A DNA stretch of 64,000 nucleotides from NCBI GenBank assembly GCA_047633175.1, contig JBLIEQ010000014.1:24843-88842 (forward strand), written 5' to 3'. The stretch comes from Motiliproteus sp. (lineage in GTDB: Bacteria > Pseudomonadota > Gammaproteobacteria > Pseudomonadales > Balneatricaceae). The notes below the pieces were generated by a model. That model searched no databases. It was not told the DNA's origin and worked only from the letters and a program-made list of their open reading frames with translations. Position numbers and translations under genes: made by a program. Positions 26,458-37,684 of this stretch are shown here, piece by piece (position 1 is the first letter of the stretch; the number at the start of each line of letters is the position of its first letter).

Positions 26458-27267
26458 GTGGCTAAAGTAATTGTTGTAACGTCAGGAAAGGGTGGGGTCG
26501 GAAAAACCACCACAAGCGCCAGCTTCTCTACCGGTCTGGCTATGCGCGGCAATAAGACCGTGGTGATCGATTTTGATGTTGGCTTGCGCAATCTCGACCT
26601 TATTATGGGCTGCGAGCGCCGAGTGGTCTATGACATTATCAATGTTATCAATGGTGACGCTTCACTCAAGCAGGCCCTGATCAAGGACAAGAACTGCGAC
26701 AATCTGTATGTTCTGCCCGCCTCACAGACGCGCGATAAAGAGGCGCTCAAGCTGGATGATGTCGGACGCATCCTCGATGAACTCAAGGAAAGTTTCGATT
26801 TCATCGTCTGCGATTCTCCCGCCGGTATCGAGGCGGGCGCGTTCAATGCGATGTATTACGCCGATGAGGCGCTGGTGGTGACCAATCCCGAAGTTTCTTC
26901 GGTACGGGACTCCGACCGGATTCTCGGTATACTCGCAGCCAAGTCCAAGCGTGCGGTAGACGGAGCAGAGCCGGTCAGAGAGCATCTTCTGGTCACCCGA
27001 TACGACCCCAAGCGGGTGCGTTCAGGCGAGATGCTGTCGGTTGAGGACATCCAGGAGATCTTGCGTATCCCGCTGTTGGGCGTGATCCCGGAGTCCGGCC
27101 TGGTACTGCAGGCCTCCAATTCCGGCACGCCCGCCATCCATCTGGAGAAGAGCGATGTGGCCAGGGCTTACCGTGATATGGTGAGTCGCTTTATGGGTGA
27201 AGAGCTGCCGATGCTGTTTACTGCTGAAAAGGCGGGAATATTTAAACGACTACTGGGGGGGAGCTGA
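26458..27267 (+). CDS. minD: septum site-determining ATPase MinD
   Basis: [18 protein letters not shown] with a deviant Walker A. GTG start. Confidence 0.95.
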   Translation: MAKVIVVTSGKGGVGKTTTSASFSTGLAMRGNKTVVIDFDVGLRNLDLIMGCERRVVYDIINVINGDASLKQALIKDKNCDNLYVLPASQTRDKEALKLDDVGRILDELKESFDFIVCDSPAGIEAGAFNAMYYADEALVVTNPEVSSVRDSDRILGILAAKSKRAVDGAEPVREHLLVTRYDPKRVRSGEMLSVEDIQEILRIPLLGVIPESGLVLQASNSGTPAIHLEKSDVARAYRDMVSRFMGEELPMLFTAEKAGIFKRLLGGS

Positions 27268-27268
27268 C

Positions 27269-27553
27269 ATGCCCATGATAGTCAGACTGATTGATTACCT
27301 GCGCGGAAACGAAAAGAAGACCGCCTCCGTCGCCAAGGAACGTTTACAGATTATTCTGGCTCATGAGCGTGCCGGGCGCGGCGCGGCGACGCCGGACTAC
27401 CTGCCTGCCCTGCAGGAAGAGCTTATGGCGGTGATCGCCAAATATATCCAAATCGACCGGGATTCCTTCAAGGTTCAGCTGGAGAAACACGATCAGTATG
27501 ACGTGCTTGAACTCAATATCACCCTGCCGGACAAGGTGAACGTCAAGCGCTGA
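27269..27553 (+). CDS. minE: cell division topological specificity factor MinE
   Basis: ...[19 protein letters not shown]..., 94 aa from ATG 27269, immediately after minD. Confidence 0.9.
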   Translation: MPMIVRLIDYLRGNEKKTASVAKERLQIILAHERAGRGAATPDYLPALQEELMAVIAKYIQIDRDSFKVQLEKHDQYDVLELNITLPDKVNVKR

Positions 27554-27599
27554 ACGAGGCGCTTGCTCAAATAGCCCTGCGGGAGCTTACCCTGTGAGA

Positions 27600-27621
27600 G
27601 CCTGCCTGCAGGCGATTTTTT
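27600..27621 (+). terminator. weak intrinsic terminator candidate after minE
   Basis: GCCTG-CCTG-CAGGC followed by GATTTTTT. Confidence 0.4.
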
Positions 27622-27635
27622 AATTTATCCCGCCC

Positions 27636-27732
27636 CCTCAACAAGCCGTTCGATCACCTCCGAATCTAGCTGCTCCCGTTTCAGACGCTGTAACTCAGCC
27701 TGAAAAGCTGCATGCTGGGCCCACTCGTTCGG
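27636..27732 (-). pseudogene. fragment of a diverged yaeQ-like gene (internal ~33 codons)
   Basis: My minus-strand translation PNEWAQHAAFQAELQRLKREQLDSEVIERLVEGAG* compares with YaeQ at 28622-29167: RWWNQHASTLAEFRRLKLVQLDAEVIERLVTG. Confidence 0.65.
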
Positions 27733-27915
27733 TCAAGCTGCTGTTAGCCTTGCCGAGTCGTTCCACTCGATCAAACCAGCGAAGTAGTCACCACAACAAA
27801 TACAGATGATCACTTTTAAGTATAATTATTAAAAAATTCAGTCTCATGTAAGCTTTCTCAATTATTATCGGCATTATTCATCAACAATAATTAAATTCGA
27901 AGGAAGCATTTCAAC

Positions 27916-27945
27916 ATGAAGCCTTTCAACATGAAGCCTTTCAAC
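27916..27945 (+). repeat. 15-bp perfect tandem duplication that includes the start codon (ATGAAGCCTTTCAAC x2)
   Basis: The units are 27916-27930 and 27931-27945. They give MKPFN-MKPFN at the N-terminus. Confidence 0.95.
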
Positions 27946-28287
27946 ATAAAGAATGGCCATCAGTCGTTAATGCTAAGTGCAGCGCTTATTAGCGCTATAG
28001 CATTCACAGGATGCGCTGAGCAAGAAGAGATCACTGATACTACAGAACCACCCACCAACGTGATGAATGAAGTCATCGATAGTGACGTAACTATGAGAGT
28101 TAGAAAGGCACTCCTTAATGATGACAGTCTGCAGAAATTTGATATTACAGTGGTAACCCGTAAAGGAGATGTTCTAGTTACCGGGGAGGTAGGCAGTAAA
28201 AATATGATTGACCATGTCAAGAATTTAGTCATAAGAGTGGAAGGCGTTCACTCCCTTCACGAACATCTTACAATCAACGCATCGTAA
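27916..28287 (+). CDS. BON-domain lipoprotein (OsmY-like)
   Basis: Lipobox AFTGC. The BON domain reads VTMRVRKALLNDDSLQKFDITVVTRKGDVLVTGEV...VEGV. AT-rich context. Confidence 0.8.
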   Translation: MKPFNMKPFNIKNGHQSLMLSAALISAIAFTGCAEQEEITDTTEPPTNVMNEVIDSDVTMRVRKALLNDDSLQKFDITVVTRKGDVLVTGEVGSKNMIDHVKNLVIRVEGVHSLHEHLTINAS

Positions 28288-28621
28288 TCATATAAGTTTA
28301 TATCGTCATGCTGAAAAGCCTCGAAGGTTTTTGACTTATAAGGTGCTAGCTGCTTAATATGTCGTTGCCAAAGATTCCTTGATATCCTGGTAACTATTCA
28401 GCATATGCATCGACTTGAAATTATGGCGCATTTGTTCCAAGAGACGCCGTGCTTATATATGAACCGACCCCTGTAGGCTTCGCTTTGGCTTCCATGCTAA
28501 AGAGACCCTTGCCACAAAAAACCATAATCAATCAAATAGCGAATGTTAATGTGCTGAACAATCACATCCCCTGATGACAAAGTGCTATAGCGCCGGAGGA
28601 GGCTGTCATCTTACCGCCTGA

Positions 28622-29167
28622 CTATTCCTCCCAGCCCTGCTGTAAACAGTTCAGCTTCATCTCCCCCTGTTGGTCATTAAGTCCCAGATAAAGATCGTCA
28701 TCCTGACGGTTTAGCTGCAGCTCAAAACCGGCTTTCATCCCTGTCACAAGCCGTTCGATCACCTCTGCATCCAGCTGCACCAGCTTCAGGCGCCGAAATT
28801 CTGCTAGGGTGCTGGCGTGCTGATTCCACCAGCGATGCGCATTAGCGCCATAGCTATAGAGCGTTAAGCGCGGATGGCGTTTATTGAGTTTTTTGAGCCG
28901 GTCCAGATCGGGCTGACCGATTTCGATCCAGTGTTGCACCTCTTCATAATCATTGCGCAACCAGATCGGCGCTTCATCGGAGGAGACCCCGCCGCCAAAT
29001 TTAAGTCCCGGCTCATACTCCAGCCCCAGCGCCAGCAGCCGTGCCAGTAGCCGCTCTAGCGACTCCGACGGGTGCTGGGCTACCGTAAGATCAAACTGCT
29101 CATAGCAGTGCCTGTCCATATCACTGATAAAAAATTTAACCTTGAAAATACGACTGCCTTTGGCCAT
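28622..29167 (-). CDS. yaeQ: YaeQ-family protein
   Basis: IFKVKFFISDMDRHCYEQFDLTVAQHPSES matches the YaeQ N-terminal signature. 181 aa. Confidence 0.85.
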   Translation of the reverse strand: MAKGSRIFKVKFFISDMDRHCYEQFDLTVAQHPSESLERLLARLLALGLEYEPGLKFGGGVSSDEAPIWLRNDYEEVQHWIEIGQPDLDRLKKLNKRHPRLTLYSYGANAHRWWNQHASTLAEFRRLKLVQLDAEVIERLVTGMKAGFELQLNRQDDDLYLGLNDQQGEMKLNCLQQGWEE

Positions 29168-29230
29168 TACATCCTATCCTGTAGTTCGTTTGTGGGTCGT
29201 TGGACGCGGATACTGTCTGGTTGGCTTGAA

Positions 29231-29950
29231 TCAAAACAGCGAGGGTTGCACTGCTGCTTCTGCCGATGACGAGGCCAGCTGCCAGTCGATGGGTACCTCC
29301 CCTCGCGCCTGCAGATAGGCATTGGCCCTGGAAAAATGGCCCGATCCCAAAAAGCCGCGATACGCGGACAACGGCGAGGGGTGCGGGGCTCGCAACACGC
29401 AGTGACGTCCGGTATCAATAAAGGCTCCTTTTTTCTGCGCATAGCTTCCCCAGAGCATAAAGACCAGGCCCTCCAAGCGCTCGTTAAGCAGCTGGATAAC
29501 ACGATCGGTAAAGCGCTCCCAGCCCTGGCCCTGATGCGAATTCGGACTGGCCTGCTGCACCGTCAGCACCGCATTAAGCAGCAGCACCCCCTGCTTCGCC
29601 CAAGCCTCCAGACAACCATGATCAACCGGCGTACAGCCGATATCCTGCTGTAGCTCTTTGTAGATATTGGCCAGTGAGGGCGGGATCTTTACCCCCGATT
29701 TCACCGAGAAGCTCAACCCATGGGCCTGACCAGGACCGTGGTAGGGATCCTGACCGAGGATCACGACCTTGACCCGATCTGGCGGGCAGAGGCTGAGGGC
29801 ATTAAAAACCTCCTCAGACGGCGGGTAGATCGTATGTTGGCGAGCCTGCTGCGTTAAAAATGCCTGCAGAGCCTGCATATACGCACAGCTAAACTGATCG
29901 GCCAGGGCCACCTGCCAACCCAGCGGCAGTTGCTGCTCATTCATCTGCAT
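29231..29950 (-). CDS. ung: uracil-DNA glycosylase
   Basis: [22 protein letters not shown] and HPSPLSA motifs. Confidence 0.93.
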   Translation of the reverse strand: MQMNEQQLPLGWQVALADQFSCAYMQALQAFLTQQARQHTIYPPSEEVFNALSLCPPDRVKVVILGQDPYHGPGQAHGLSFSVKSGVKIPPSLANIYKELQQDIGCTPVDHGCLEAWAKQGVLLLNAVLTVQQASPNSHQGQGWERFTDRVIQLLNERLEGLVFMLWGSYAQKKGAFIDTGRHCVLRAPHPSPLSAYRGFLGSGHFSRANAYLQARGEVPIDWQLASSSAEAAVQPSLF

Positions 29951-29974
29951 ACCCTTAGCGCCGACCGCCAGCGC

Positions 29975-31519
29975 TTACTCCTGTTCGCTGCCGGGCTTAT
30001 GCTCAGGCCGCATATGCGGGAACAGCAGCACATCGCGGATCGAGGGAGAGTCGGTAAAGTACATCACCAGACGGTCGATCCCTATACCTTCACCGGCAGT
30101 CGGTGGCAGGCCGTATTCGAGTGCATTGATGTAATCAGCGTCATAGTGCATCGCCTCATCGTCGCCGCCCTCTTTCTCGGTGACCTGATCCATAAAGCGC
30201 TGTGCCTGATCTTCGGAATCATTCAACTCGGAGAAGCCGTTCGCGATCTCGCGGCCGCCCAGGAAGAACTCGAAACGGTCGGTCACCAGCGGGTCGTCAT
30301 CGTTACGGCGCGCCAGCGGTGACACTTCGGTCGGATAGTGAGTAATAAAGGTCGGCTGACTCAGTAGATGCTCGACGGTCTCCTCGAAGATTTCGATCTG
30401 CACTCGACCCAGGCCCCAGCTGTCGCTGAGCTTGATACCCAACCCCTGGGCGATCTCGCGAGCCTGGGATACGTCGGCCAGTGCCTCGGCGCTGATCGCC
30501 GGATTAAACTGCAGCACCGCATCAAACACACTCAGACGGGTAAAGGGTTTGGCCAGGTCGTACTCGATCGTCTCCAGCACCTCGCCCTGATCGTCCTTGA
30601 CCGTATTGACCAGGGTGGTGGTGCCAAGCACCTGCTGGGCCACGGTACGCAGCATATCCTCTGTCATATCCATCAGATCTTTGTAATCGGCATAGGCCTG
30701 ATAGAACTCGAGCATGGTGAACTCGGGGTTATGGCGGCTCGACAACCCTTCGTTACGGAAGTTACGGTTGATCTCGAACACACGCTCGAAACCGCCCACC
30801 ACCAGCCGCTTAAGATACAGCTCGGGGGCGATGCGCAGGTACATATCGATATCCAGCGCATTGTGATGGGTCACAAAGGGACGTGCCGCCGCGCCGCCCG
30901 GAATAACCTGCAGCATCGGCGTTTCGGCTTCGACGAAGCGACGCTCGGAAAGATAGTTGCGGATCGCGGCCACGATCTTGGCGCGAGTCTCGAACACCTG
31001 ACGCGACGCGTCATTGGTGATCAGATCGACGTAGCGCTGCCGGTAGCGCTGCTCGGTATCCTGCAGCCCCTTATGCTTATCGGGCAGCGGCCGTAGATTC
31101 TTGGTCAACAGCTCGTTGCAGCCCATATCGACATACAGATCACCCTTGCCCGACTTGTGCAGGATGCCTTTGATGCCCACGATATCGCCCAGATCCATCG
31201 CCTTGGCGAAGGGACGTGCCGCTTTATTCACATACAGCTGGATTCGGCCGCTCATATCCTGGAGAACCGCGAAGGCGCCACGATTAAGCATGATTCGGCC
31301 CGCTACTGCGACCTCAATCGCCAGACCTTCGAGCTCCTCTTTGGTCTTGTCGCCATGCTCAAGCTGCAGATCCTCCGCATAACTATCACGGCGAAAACTG
31401 TTGGGGAACGTATAACCTTCGGCGCGTAGCGCCTTGAGCTTTTCGCGACGCTCAGCAACGAGTCGGTTCTCTTCGGGTTGAACGCCATCCTGGTGCGGAG
31501 CAGTTTGCTTGTCTGACAT
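29975..31519 (-). CDS. lysS: lysine--tRNA ligase (class II)
   Basis: 514 aa with class II motifs (FRNEG, ...GIGIDRLVM). Sits downstream of prfB, as in E. coli. Confidence 0.95.
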   Translation of the reverse strand: MSDKQTAPHQDGVQPEENRLVAERREKLKALRAEGYTFPNSFRRDSYAEDLQLEHGDKTKEELEGLAIEVAVAGRIMLNRGAFAVLQDMSGRIQLYVNKAARPFAKAMDLGDIVGIKGILHKSGKGDLYVDMGCNELLTKNLRPLPDKHKGLQDTEQRYRQRYVDLITNDASRQVFETRAKIVAAIRNYLSERRFVEAETPMLQVIPGGAAARPFVTHHNALDIDMYLRIAPELYLKRLVVGGFERVFEINRNFRNEGLSSRHNPEFTMLEFYQAYADYKDLMDMTEDMLRTVAQQVLGTTTLVNTVKDDQGEVLETIEYDLAKPFTRLSVFDAVLQFNPAISAEALADVSQAREIAQGLGIKLSDSWGLGRVQIEIFEETVEHLLSQPTFITHYPTEVSPLARRNDDDPLVTDRFEFFLGGREIANGFSELNDSEDQAQRFMDQVTEKEGGDDEAMHYDADYINALEYGLPPTAGEGIGIDRLVMYFTDSPSIRDVLLFPHMRPEHKPGSEQE

Positions 31520-31685
31520 CGGTATCGCCTTAACTTATGTTTCTTTAAATCGGAATTCGGATGCTATCAACTGACGCGTCTGAGCGAAGGTCAGGTTAGG
31601 CAAAATTCGGTGAAAGAGCGCAGTTTGCTGGTGCAAATGAGGATCTTGAACCGATTTTAACGACACCTGGCCGAGCTCAGGCGCG

Positions 31686-32783
<1,098 letters not shown>

Positions 32784-32895
32784 CGGTTTCCACTATTTTA
32801 TGCGAGTCTGAGAGTCTTAAGACCAAACAAAAGCGTAGATTTTACCTGAAATATGCCTAGTTTGGATAGCCGTCACGCAAGTCAATATGGGAATG

Positions 32896-35400
32896 CTAGA
32901 GCGCCTGAAACTGCAGTTTCTGGACCATCTGCAGCAACGCCTGCTTTAACGCCGGCTCAGTCGTCATCATCCGGTGCAGGGTCCTGGCCGGTATCCACAA
33001 CAGGTCGACAGGGCTGGCTGCGCGTAACCCGGTGCTGTGGTGATCGACAAAGAGGGCGCTGAAGCCTGCATAACAACCCGGCCCCAGCACATCGAGCACC
33101 CGCGTCTGGCCGGTCTCAGTATCCCGATCGACCCGTTCGACAACACCACGGACCACAATAATCAACGCCCTATGCTGCTCCTCATGCTCGACGATCATAT
33201 CCTGTGGCTGATAGATCCGCTGTTCCGCGATGCTGAGCAGCTGCGACAGCGATTCGGGGCTTAATTCAGCGGCCCAGGCCGCATCACGGATCAGCTGCAG
33301 CGGGTCGGGTAACAATACCGTTTCAACCTCAGAAAAATGGCGCTGCTGCAGGCGGTGGCTGATCTGCCCCTGCATCCGTTCGGCCTCGGCAGGATCGAGC
33401 AAGGCCTGCCGCTGCAACGCCTCCACCAGGGTCCGCTTCTGAATCAGCAGGGTGCGTTGGGCGCTGTGCAGCTCCGCCTGGCGGGCCCACTCAGGAAAAC
33501 TGTTTTTTAACTGCAGCAGCATGGCGTAGGTTTCATGTTTGTTGCGCACCAGCTCGGCACGCGCCCTGCGGGCACTGGGAATATCAACCGTCAGGGCATC
33601 GACCTGAGCCAAGGCCGCATTCTGAGCCTGCACAAAACCGCGCGCCATATCGTAACCTAGGATCAGATGCTTATAGGCGATACGACTCGCCAGCCGCTCC
33701 AGTAAGGGCACTCGATGCAGCCACGCGAGTGGTAAGGAACCATTCCAATAACGCTGTAGCTGCGGCCGCGGATGAATTCTGGGGGCACCATCAAGCGCCT
33801 GATCTACCGCATCGATCAGCCTTGAAGTCGCCTCGCGCCCCAAGAACCCCTCTGTGTATTGCGACCAGTAGCTGCTGCGCTCGTGCTCCAATAACCGGCG
33901 CCGGTACTCTGTTTCCCGCTCGGCCGCCGCGTGCTGGGCCGGCTTACTGCCCTGGACCTCAGGAACCGCCACCACGATCGGAGCCAGCGCATTACGCTCG
34001 ATCTCCTGCCAGTCGGAGAGCTGAGTCAGCGAACGCTTCTTAAACTCCGGCAGGCGTGCGACCATCTGCCGCTGAATGGTCTGCTCGGCACGATCAATCA
34101 TCGCCTGCTTACCTGGCGGTAACCGGTCCAGCCCCAGCCGAGCGAACAACCATCCCATGCTGCTGCCGTTGATCACGATGGTCAGCACCACGATGCCGGC
34201 GGTCAGAAACAATACCTGTTCGCCCCAGCGGCTGTCGACGCCCGGATGCTGCGCCAGCATCAGCGCCAATGCCAGAGCGACGGCACCGCGCAGACCGCCC
34301 CAGATCAACACCAGCGCCTTGTTCCTTCCCAGGCCGAAACCCAGGCGCTGCAGCAACGGCATCAGCACCACCACCGTACAGGCTCTGATCAGCAGCAGCC
34401 CCAGATAGAGCGCCAGCAGTAATCCCCAGCTGGTGGGATCGAAGAGTTCGACACGATCGGCTATCAACAACCCCACCACCAGGAAGATCAGCGTATTGGC
34501 CATGTACGCCAGCAGACTCCAGAACGCGTGCAGAAATTCGAGCGCTTCGGGAGAAAATCGGGCCCGGCCCTTACCTGCCAGCACCAACCCGAACACCACC
34601 ACCGCCACCACACCTGACGCATCGAGCACGACGTCGGTGACAAAATAGACCAGATAAGCACAGGCGATCGACAGCGTGGTCTCGACCAACGGATCGTTAT
34701 AGATCCGCCCTACGGCGATAATAAGCAGCTTGCCGCACAGCCAGCCAGCCAGACCACCCAGGGCGACGGTCCAGAGTAACTCGAAGGCGATAGCACCCAG
34801 GCTGATCGAGGCCTCATCGACACTCAATAAAATAGAGAAACAGACCGAGAACAGCACAATAGCCGTGCCGTCATTAAACAGCGACTCACCCTCAAGCAGG
34901 GTTTCCAGCCGTTTACGCGAACTGACGTCGCGCAGTAGCGCCACCACCGCCACCGGGTCGGTGGCGCTGATCAGGGCACCGAACAGGAAGGCTAGCGGCC
35001 AGCTCCAGTCCCAGGGCAACAACCAGCGCACCAGCACGGCCGTTAACAGCGCACTGATCAACATGCCCGGCAGTGCCAGCAGCGCGACCTGCGGCAGGGC
35101 GCGACGCAGCAGATGCGGCTCCAGCGAATAGGCTGATTCGAAGATCAGGGTGGGAAGAAAAAGAAACAAAATCAGATGAGGGTCGAGGTGGGTGACGCTT
35201 TGTAAAACCTGATGAAACGCTGGCAGAGAATCGCTCAGAAGCAACGAACGATCGAGCCATCCGACCAGCAATCCGACCAGCAGCAGCATCACCGAGTAGG
35301 GCACCCGGCTGTGGCTGGTCAGGTGGCGTAAGACCGACCCAAGCAGCAGCGCGACTGCGATCATCAACACCACCATCACCCCGGCCTGGGTTGCGATCAT
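32896..35400 (-). CDS. CPA1-type Na+/H+ (cation:proton) antiporter fused to a C-terminal cyclic-nucleotide-binding domain
   Basis: The N-terminal ~420 aa are polytopic (ATDPVAV, LFNDG). A long helical linker follows, then a C-terminal cNMP-like beta-roll (...VLDVLGPGCYAGFSALF...RAASPVDLLWIP). Start moved to ATG 35400, preceded by AGGAG. Confidence 0.8.
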   Translation of the reverse strand: MIATQAGVMVVLMIAVALLLGSVLRHLTSHSRVPYSVMLLLVGLLVGWLDRSLLLSDSLPAFHQVLQSVTHLDPHLILFLFLPTLIFESAYSLEPHLLRRALPQVALLALPGMLISALLTAVLVRWLLPWDWSWPLAFLFGALISATDPVAVVALLRDVSSRKRLETLLEGESLFNDGTAIVLFSVCFSILLSVDEASISLGAIAFELLWTVALGGLAGWLCGKLLIIAVGRIYNDPLVETTLSIACAYLVYFVTDVVLDASGVVAVVVFGLVLAGKGRARFSPEALEFLHAFWSLLAYMANTLIFLVVGLLIADRVELFDPTSWGLLLALYLGLLLIRACTVVVLMPLLQRLGFGLGRNKALVLIWGGLRGAVALALALMLAQHPGVDSRWGEQVLFLTAGIVVLTIVINGSSMGWLFARLGLDRLPPGKQAMIDRAEQTIQRQMVARLPEFKKRSLTQLSDWQEIERNALAPIVVAVPEVQGSKPAQHAAAERETEYRRRLLEHERSSYWSQYTEGFLGREATSRLIDAVDQALDGAPRIHPRPQLQRYWNGSLPLAWLHRVPLLERLASRIAYKHLILGYDMARGFVQAQNAALAQVDALTVDIPSARRARAELVRNKHETYAMLLQLKNSFPEWARQAELHSAQRTLLIQKRTLVEALQRQALLDPAEAERMQGQISHRLQQRHFSEVETVLLPDPLQLIRDAAWAAELSPESLSQLLSIAEQRIYQPQDMIVEHEEQHRALIIVVRGVVERVDRDTETGQTRVLDVLGPGCYAGFSALFVDHHSTGLRAASPVDLLWIPARTLHRMMTTEPALKQALLQMVQKLQFQAL

Positions 35401-35425
35401 CGTTGCCGCTCCTGGCAGTCCTTGT

Positions 35426-36061
35426 CTACTGTGCCTTGGTAACACCCCAGTTGGCGATCACTTTTGAAATATCATCATATTGCTCCATATAGTGCGCAAA
35501 CTGATTCCTGAACACCAGACCTATATTGATCCCTTCGACAACCAGGTTCTCAACTTTCCACTGCTCCTGATCATTCAGAAACAGCGAGTACTGCACCTGA
35601 TAACGCTCACCGCCTTTGAGAGCGATGGTTGAACCGACACTGGCGCGTATGCCTCTGGCATCATAATCGGCACTCTCAACCTCAAAGGTATCCAGCTCAT
35701 CGAGCCGATCCAGCCCCTTGCTGTAGGTGCTGACCAGGGTGCGTTTAAACACATTATTGAAGAGCTGCAGCTGGTCATCGCTGGCCTGACGAGCATATTT
35801 ACCCATCACCTTGCGCGAGATCCGCTTAAAATCGATCACCGGCCCAAGCTCATTCTCCATCAACTCCAGCAGCCCCTGCTCCGGCATACCGGCAATCAGC
35901 ACCTGATCAGTGATCAACTTCTGGATCGACAGATAGCTGGCATTAATCACCTGCTCCGGCTTTTCCTGAGCCGCCTGCAGAGGCGCCATCACCCCTGCGG
36001 ACAACAACCCCAACAGCAACAACAGAGAGGTCTTGATCCCCTGTATCGACACGCTTTTCAT
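35426..36061 (-). CDS. MlaC/Ttg2D-family periplasmic phospholipid-binding protein
   Basis: Signal peptide, then ...DFKRISRKVMGKYARQASDDQLQLFNNVFKRTLVSTYSKGL. Confidence 0.72.
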   Translation of the reverse strand: MKSVSIQGIKTSLLLLLGLLSAGVMAPLQAAQEKPEQVINASYLSIQKLITDQVLIAGMPEQGLLELMENELGPVIDFKRISRKVMGKYARQASDDQLQLFNNVFKRTLVSTYSKGLDRLDELDTFEVESADYDARGIRASVGSTIALKGGERYQVQYSLFLNDQEQWKVENLVVEGINIGLVFRNQFAHYMEQYDDISKVIANWGVTKAQ

Positions 36062-36112
36062 ACGACCACTCCTTATAGTTAAATTAATTTAGGGTTCGGG
36101 TACCGTCCGGCG

Positions 36113-36490
36113 CTACACCAGCGGCCAGTTCTTGGCTGCAATCAGGCCCCAGGTCATCACCAGCAGTAACAGGGCCAAGAAGACGGCGGCTGAACCTATA
36201 TCTTTGGCCCGGCCGGACAGGGGGTGCAGCTCGGCACCGACCCGGTCAACGACCGCTTCGATGGCGGAGTTCAACAGTTCCATCAACAATACCAGCCCCA
36301 GGCTTAACCAGAGCAAAACCAACTCCAGGGTATCCGCCGCAACTAGAAAACCCAGCGGCAGCAGCGCCAGCGCCAGCAGCGACTCCTGCCGGAATGCCGC
36401 CTCATGCGTCCAGGCCGCTTTAAAACCCTGCCAGGAGTACTTGGCCGCATAAAGAATACGGATCAAACCTGTTCGTCCCGGTTTAGCCAC
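36113..36490 (-). CDS. dgkA: diacylglycerol kinase
   Basis: ...AFRQE...ELLNSAIEAVVDR...GRAKD.GSAAV. GTG start at 36490 with GGAG 7 nt upstream. The longer track ORF overlaps the flavodoxin gene. Confidence 0.85.
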   Translation of the reverse strand: MAKPGRTGLIRILYAAKYSWQGFKAAWTHEAAFRQESLLALALLPLGFLVAADTLELVLLWLSLGLVLLMELLNSAIEAVVDRVGAELHPLSGRAKDIGSAAVFLALLLLVMTWGLIAAKNWPLV

Positions 36491-36998
36491 GTTCAAACTC
36501 CTCGCGAATCTGTACACACCACCGCTCAACCCGCTGCGCGGTCTGCTCGTGCTGACAGTCTTCGTCGAGCGCCAGACCCACAAACCGGGTCGCATCTGGA
36601 GTTAACCCTTTAGAGGCGCTGAAGTCATAACCCTCGACCGGCCAGTAACCGACCAGCTGAGCACCCCGGTCAACCAACCGATCGTGCAACAGCCCCATCG
36701 CATCAAGAAACCAGTCTCCGTAGCCGACCTGATCGCCCAAACCGAACAGCGCGATGCGTTTACCGCTAAGTGATAGGCTATCGAGTTCTCCCCAGACCTC
36801 TTCCCATTCAGACTGGATCTCACCGTAATCCCAGGTTGGAATACCCATAATGATCTGATCGTAATCGTTTGCGTGCAGCAGGGGCTCATCGGCCACGTTG
36901 TAAAGATCGAGCTGATCCTGGGTAAGCGTTCGCTCGATCAATTCGGCTATATCTTCGGTATTTCCGGTGGTGGAGCCGTAAAACAGGGCTATCTTCAC
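36483..36998 (-). CDS. long-chain flavodoxin
   Basis: MKIALFYGSTTGNTEDIAELI..., IPTWDYGE, and collinear with E. coli FldA. Confidence 0.9.
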   Translation of the reverse strand: MKIALFYGSTTGNTEDIAELIERTLTQDQLDLYNVADEPLLHANDYDQIIMGIPTWDYGEIQSEWEEVWGELDSLSLSGKRIALFGLGDQVGYGDWFLDAMGLLHDRLVDRGAQLVGYWPVEGYDFSASKGLTPDATRFVGLALDEDCQHEQTAQRVERWCVQIREEFERG

Positions 36999-37051
36999 AC
37001 GTCTACTCTCTTAAATTGCTTTAGCACGGCTGCCGCACTCGAATCTGGCAT

Positions 37052-37381
37052 CTATTTTTTTGTGGCGAAGGCGTCGAAGGCACCCTGGGAGACCCGCTCT
37101 ATCGACTCCCGGGCTTCGGAAAACGCCTGCAGATTATCTTTGCGAGCCTGCTGGAAGGTCTCTTCTACCAACTGGGTGTATCTTGCCTGCAGCTCAAGCA
37201 ACTCCTCTGTCGAGCTACACTGCTTAAGCTCTTTAGTCTGGCTCAGGGTCGAATTCATGCACGCCTGAGCACAGGCGATCTGCTGTTTGGTCAGCCGGTC
37301 CAGCATCCGGGTCTGAATCTCCATCAACTCTTTGAAGGGCTCCATCGATGCATTCACTTTCTTTGATATATCCTGAAACAT
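37052..37381 (-). CDS. phasin-family (PHA granule-associated) protein
   Basis: 109 aa, all-helical, with an N-terminus of the ...PFKELMEIQTRMLDRL... type. Confidence 0.55.
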   Translation of the reverse strand: MFQDISKKVNASMEPFKELMEIQTRMLDRLTKQQIACAQACMNSTLSQTKELKQCSSTEELLELQARYTQLVEETFQQARKDNLQAFSEARESIERVSQGAFDAFATKK

Positions 37382-37538
37382 CCGCCTTCCCCTTACCCTA
37401 CAGTGTTGTTGACGATGACTTTGACGTAGACCTTGACTTTGACGCCGAGACAGACCGAAACTTCCGCCCCGTCTTTTCCATGAGACGGGAAAGCGCGTTA
37501 TTATAATCCCCCGCCAAAGCGGCTGTACAGCAAGACAA

Positions 37539-37626
37539 CCCTATAACCTATAACCTAAACCTGTAACCTGTACTTGTAACCTGTACTTGTAACCCGTACT
37601 TGTAACCCGTACTTGTAACCTAAGAC
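37539..37626. repeat. compound short tandem repeat: CCTATAA-type heptamers, then 4.5 copies of the 13-mer TGTAACC(T/C)GTACT
   Basis: The 13-mers are at 37562-37574, 37575-37587, 37588-37600 and 37601-37613, with a partial copy at 37614-37620. The array lies about 60 nt upstream of gloA. Confidence 0.95.
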
Positions 37627-37684
37627 AGGAACAGGAATAAGCACGCCGCTAAAATGCCAGCAACCCCAACAGGAGATCTCGATT

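Noticed and set aside
36483-36595. Long form of the dgkA ORF (160 aa) overlapping the flavodoxin gene by 113 nt
   Set aside because: The extra N-terminal residues have no DgkA counterpart. A GTG at 36490 with GGAG 7 nt upstream gives the canonical ~125-aa protein.
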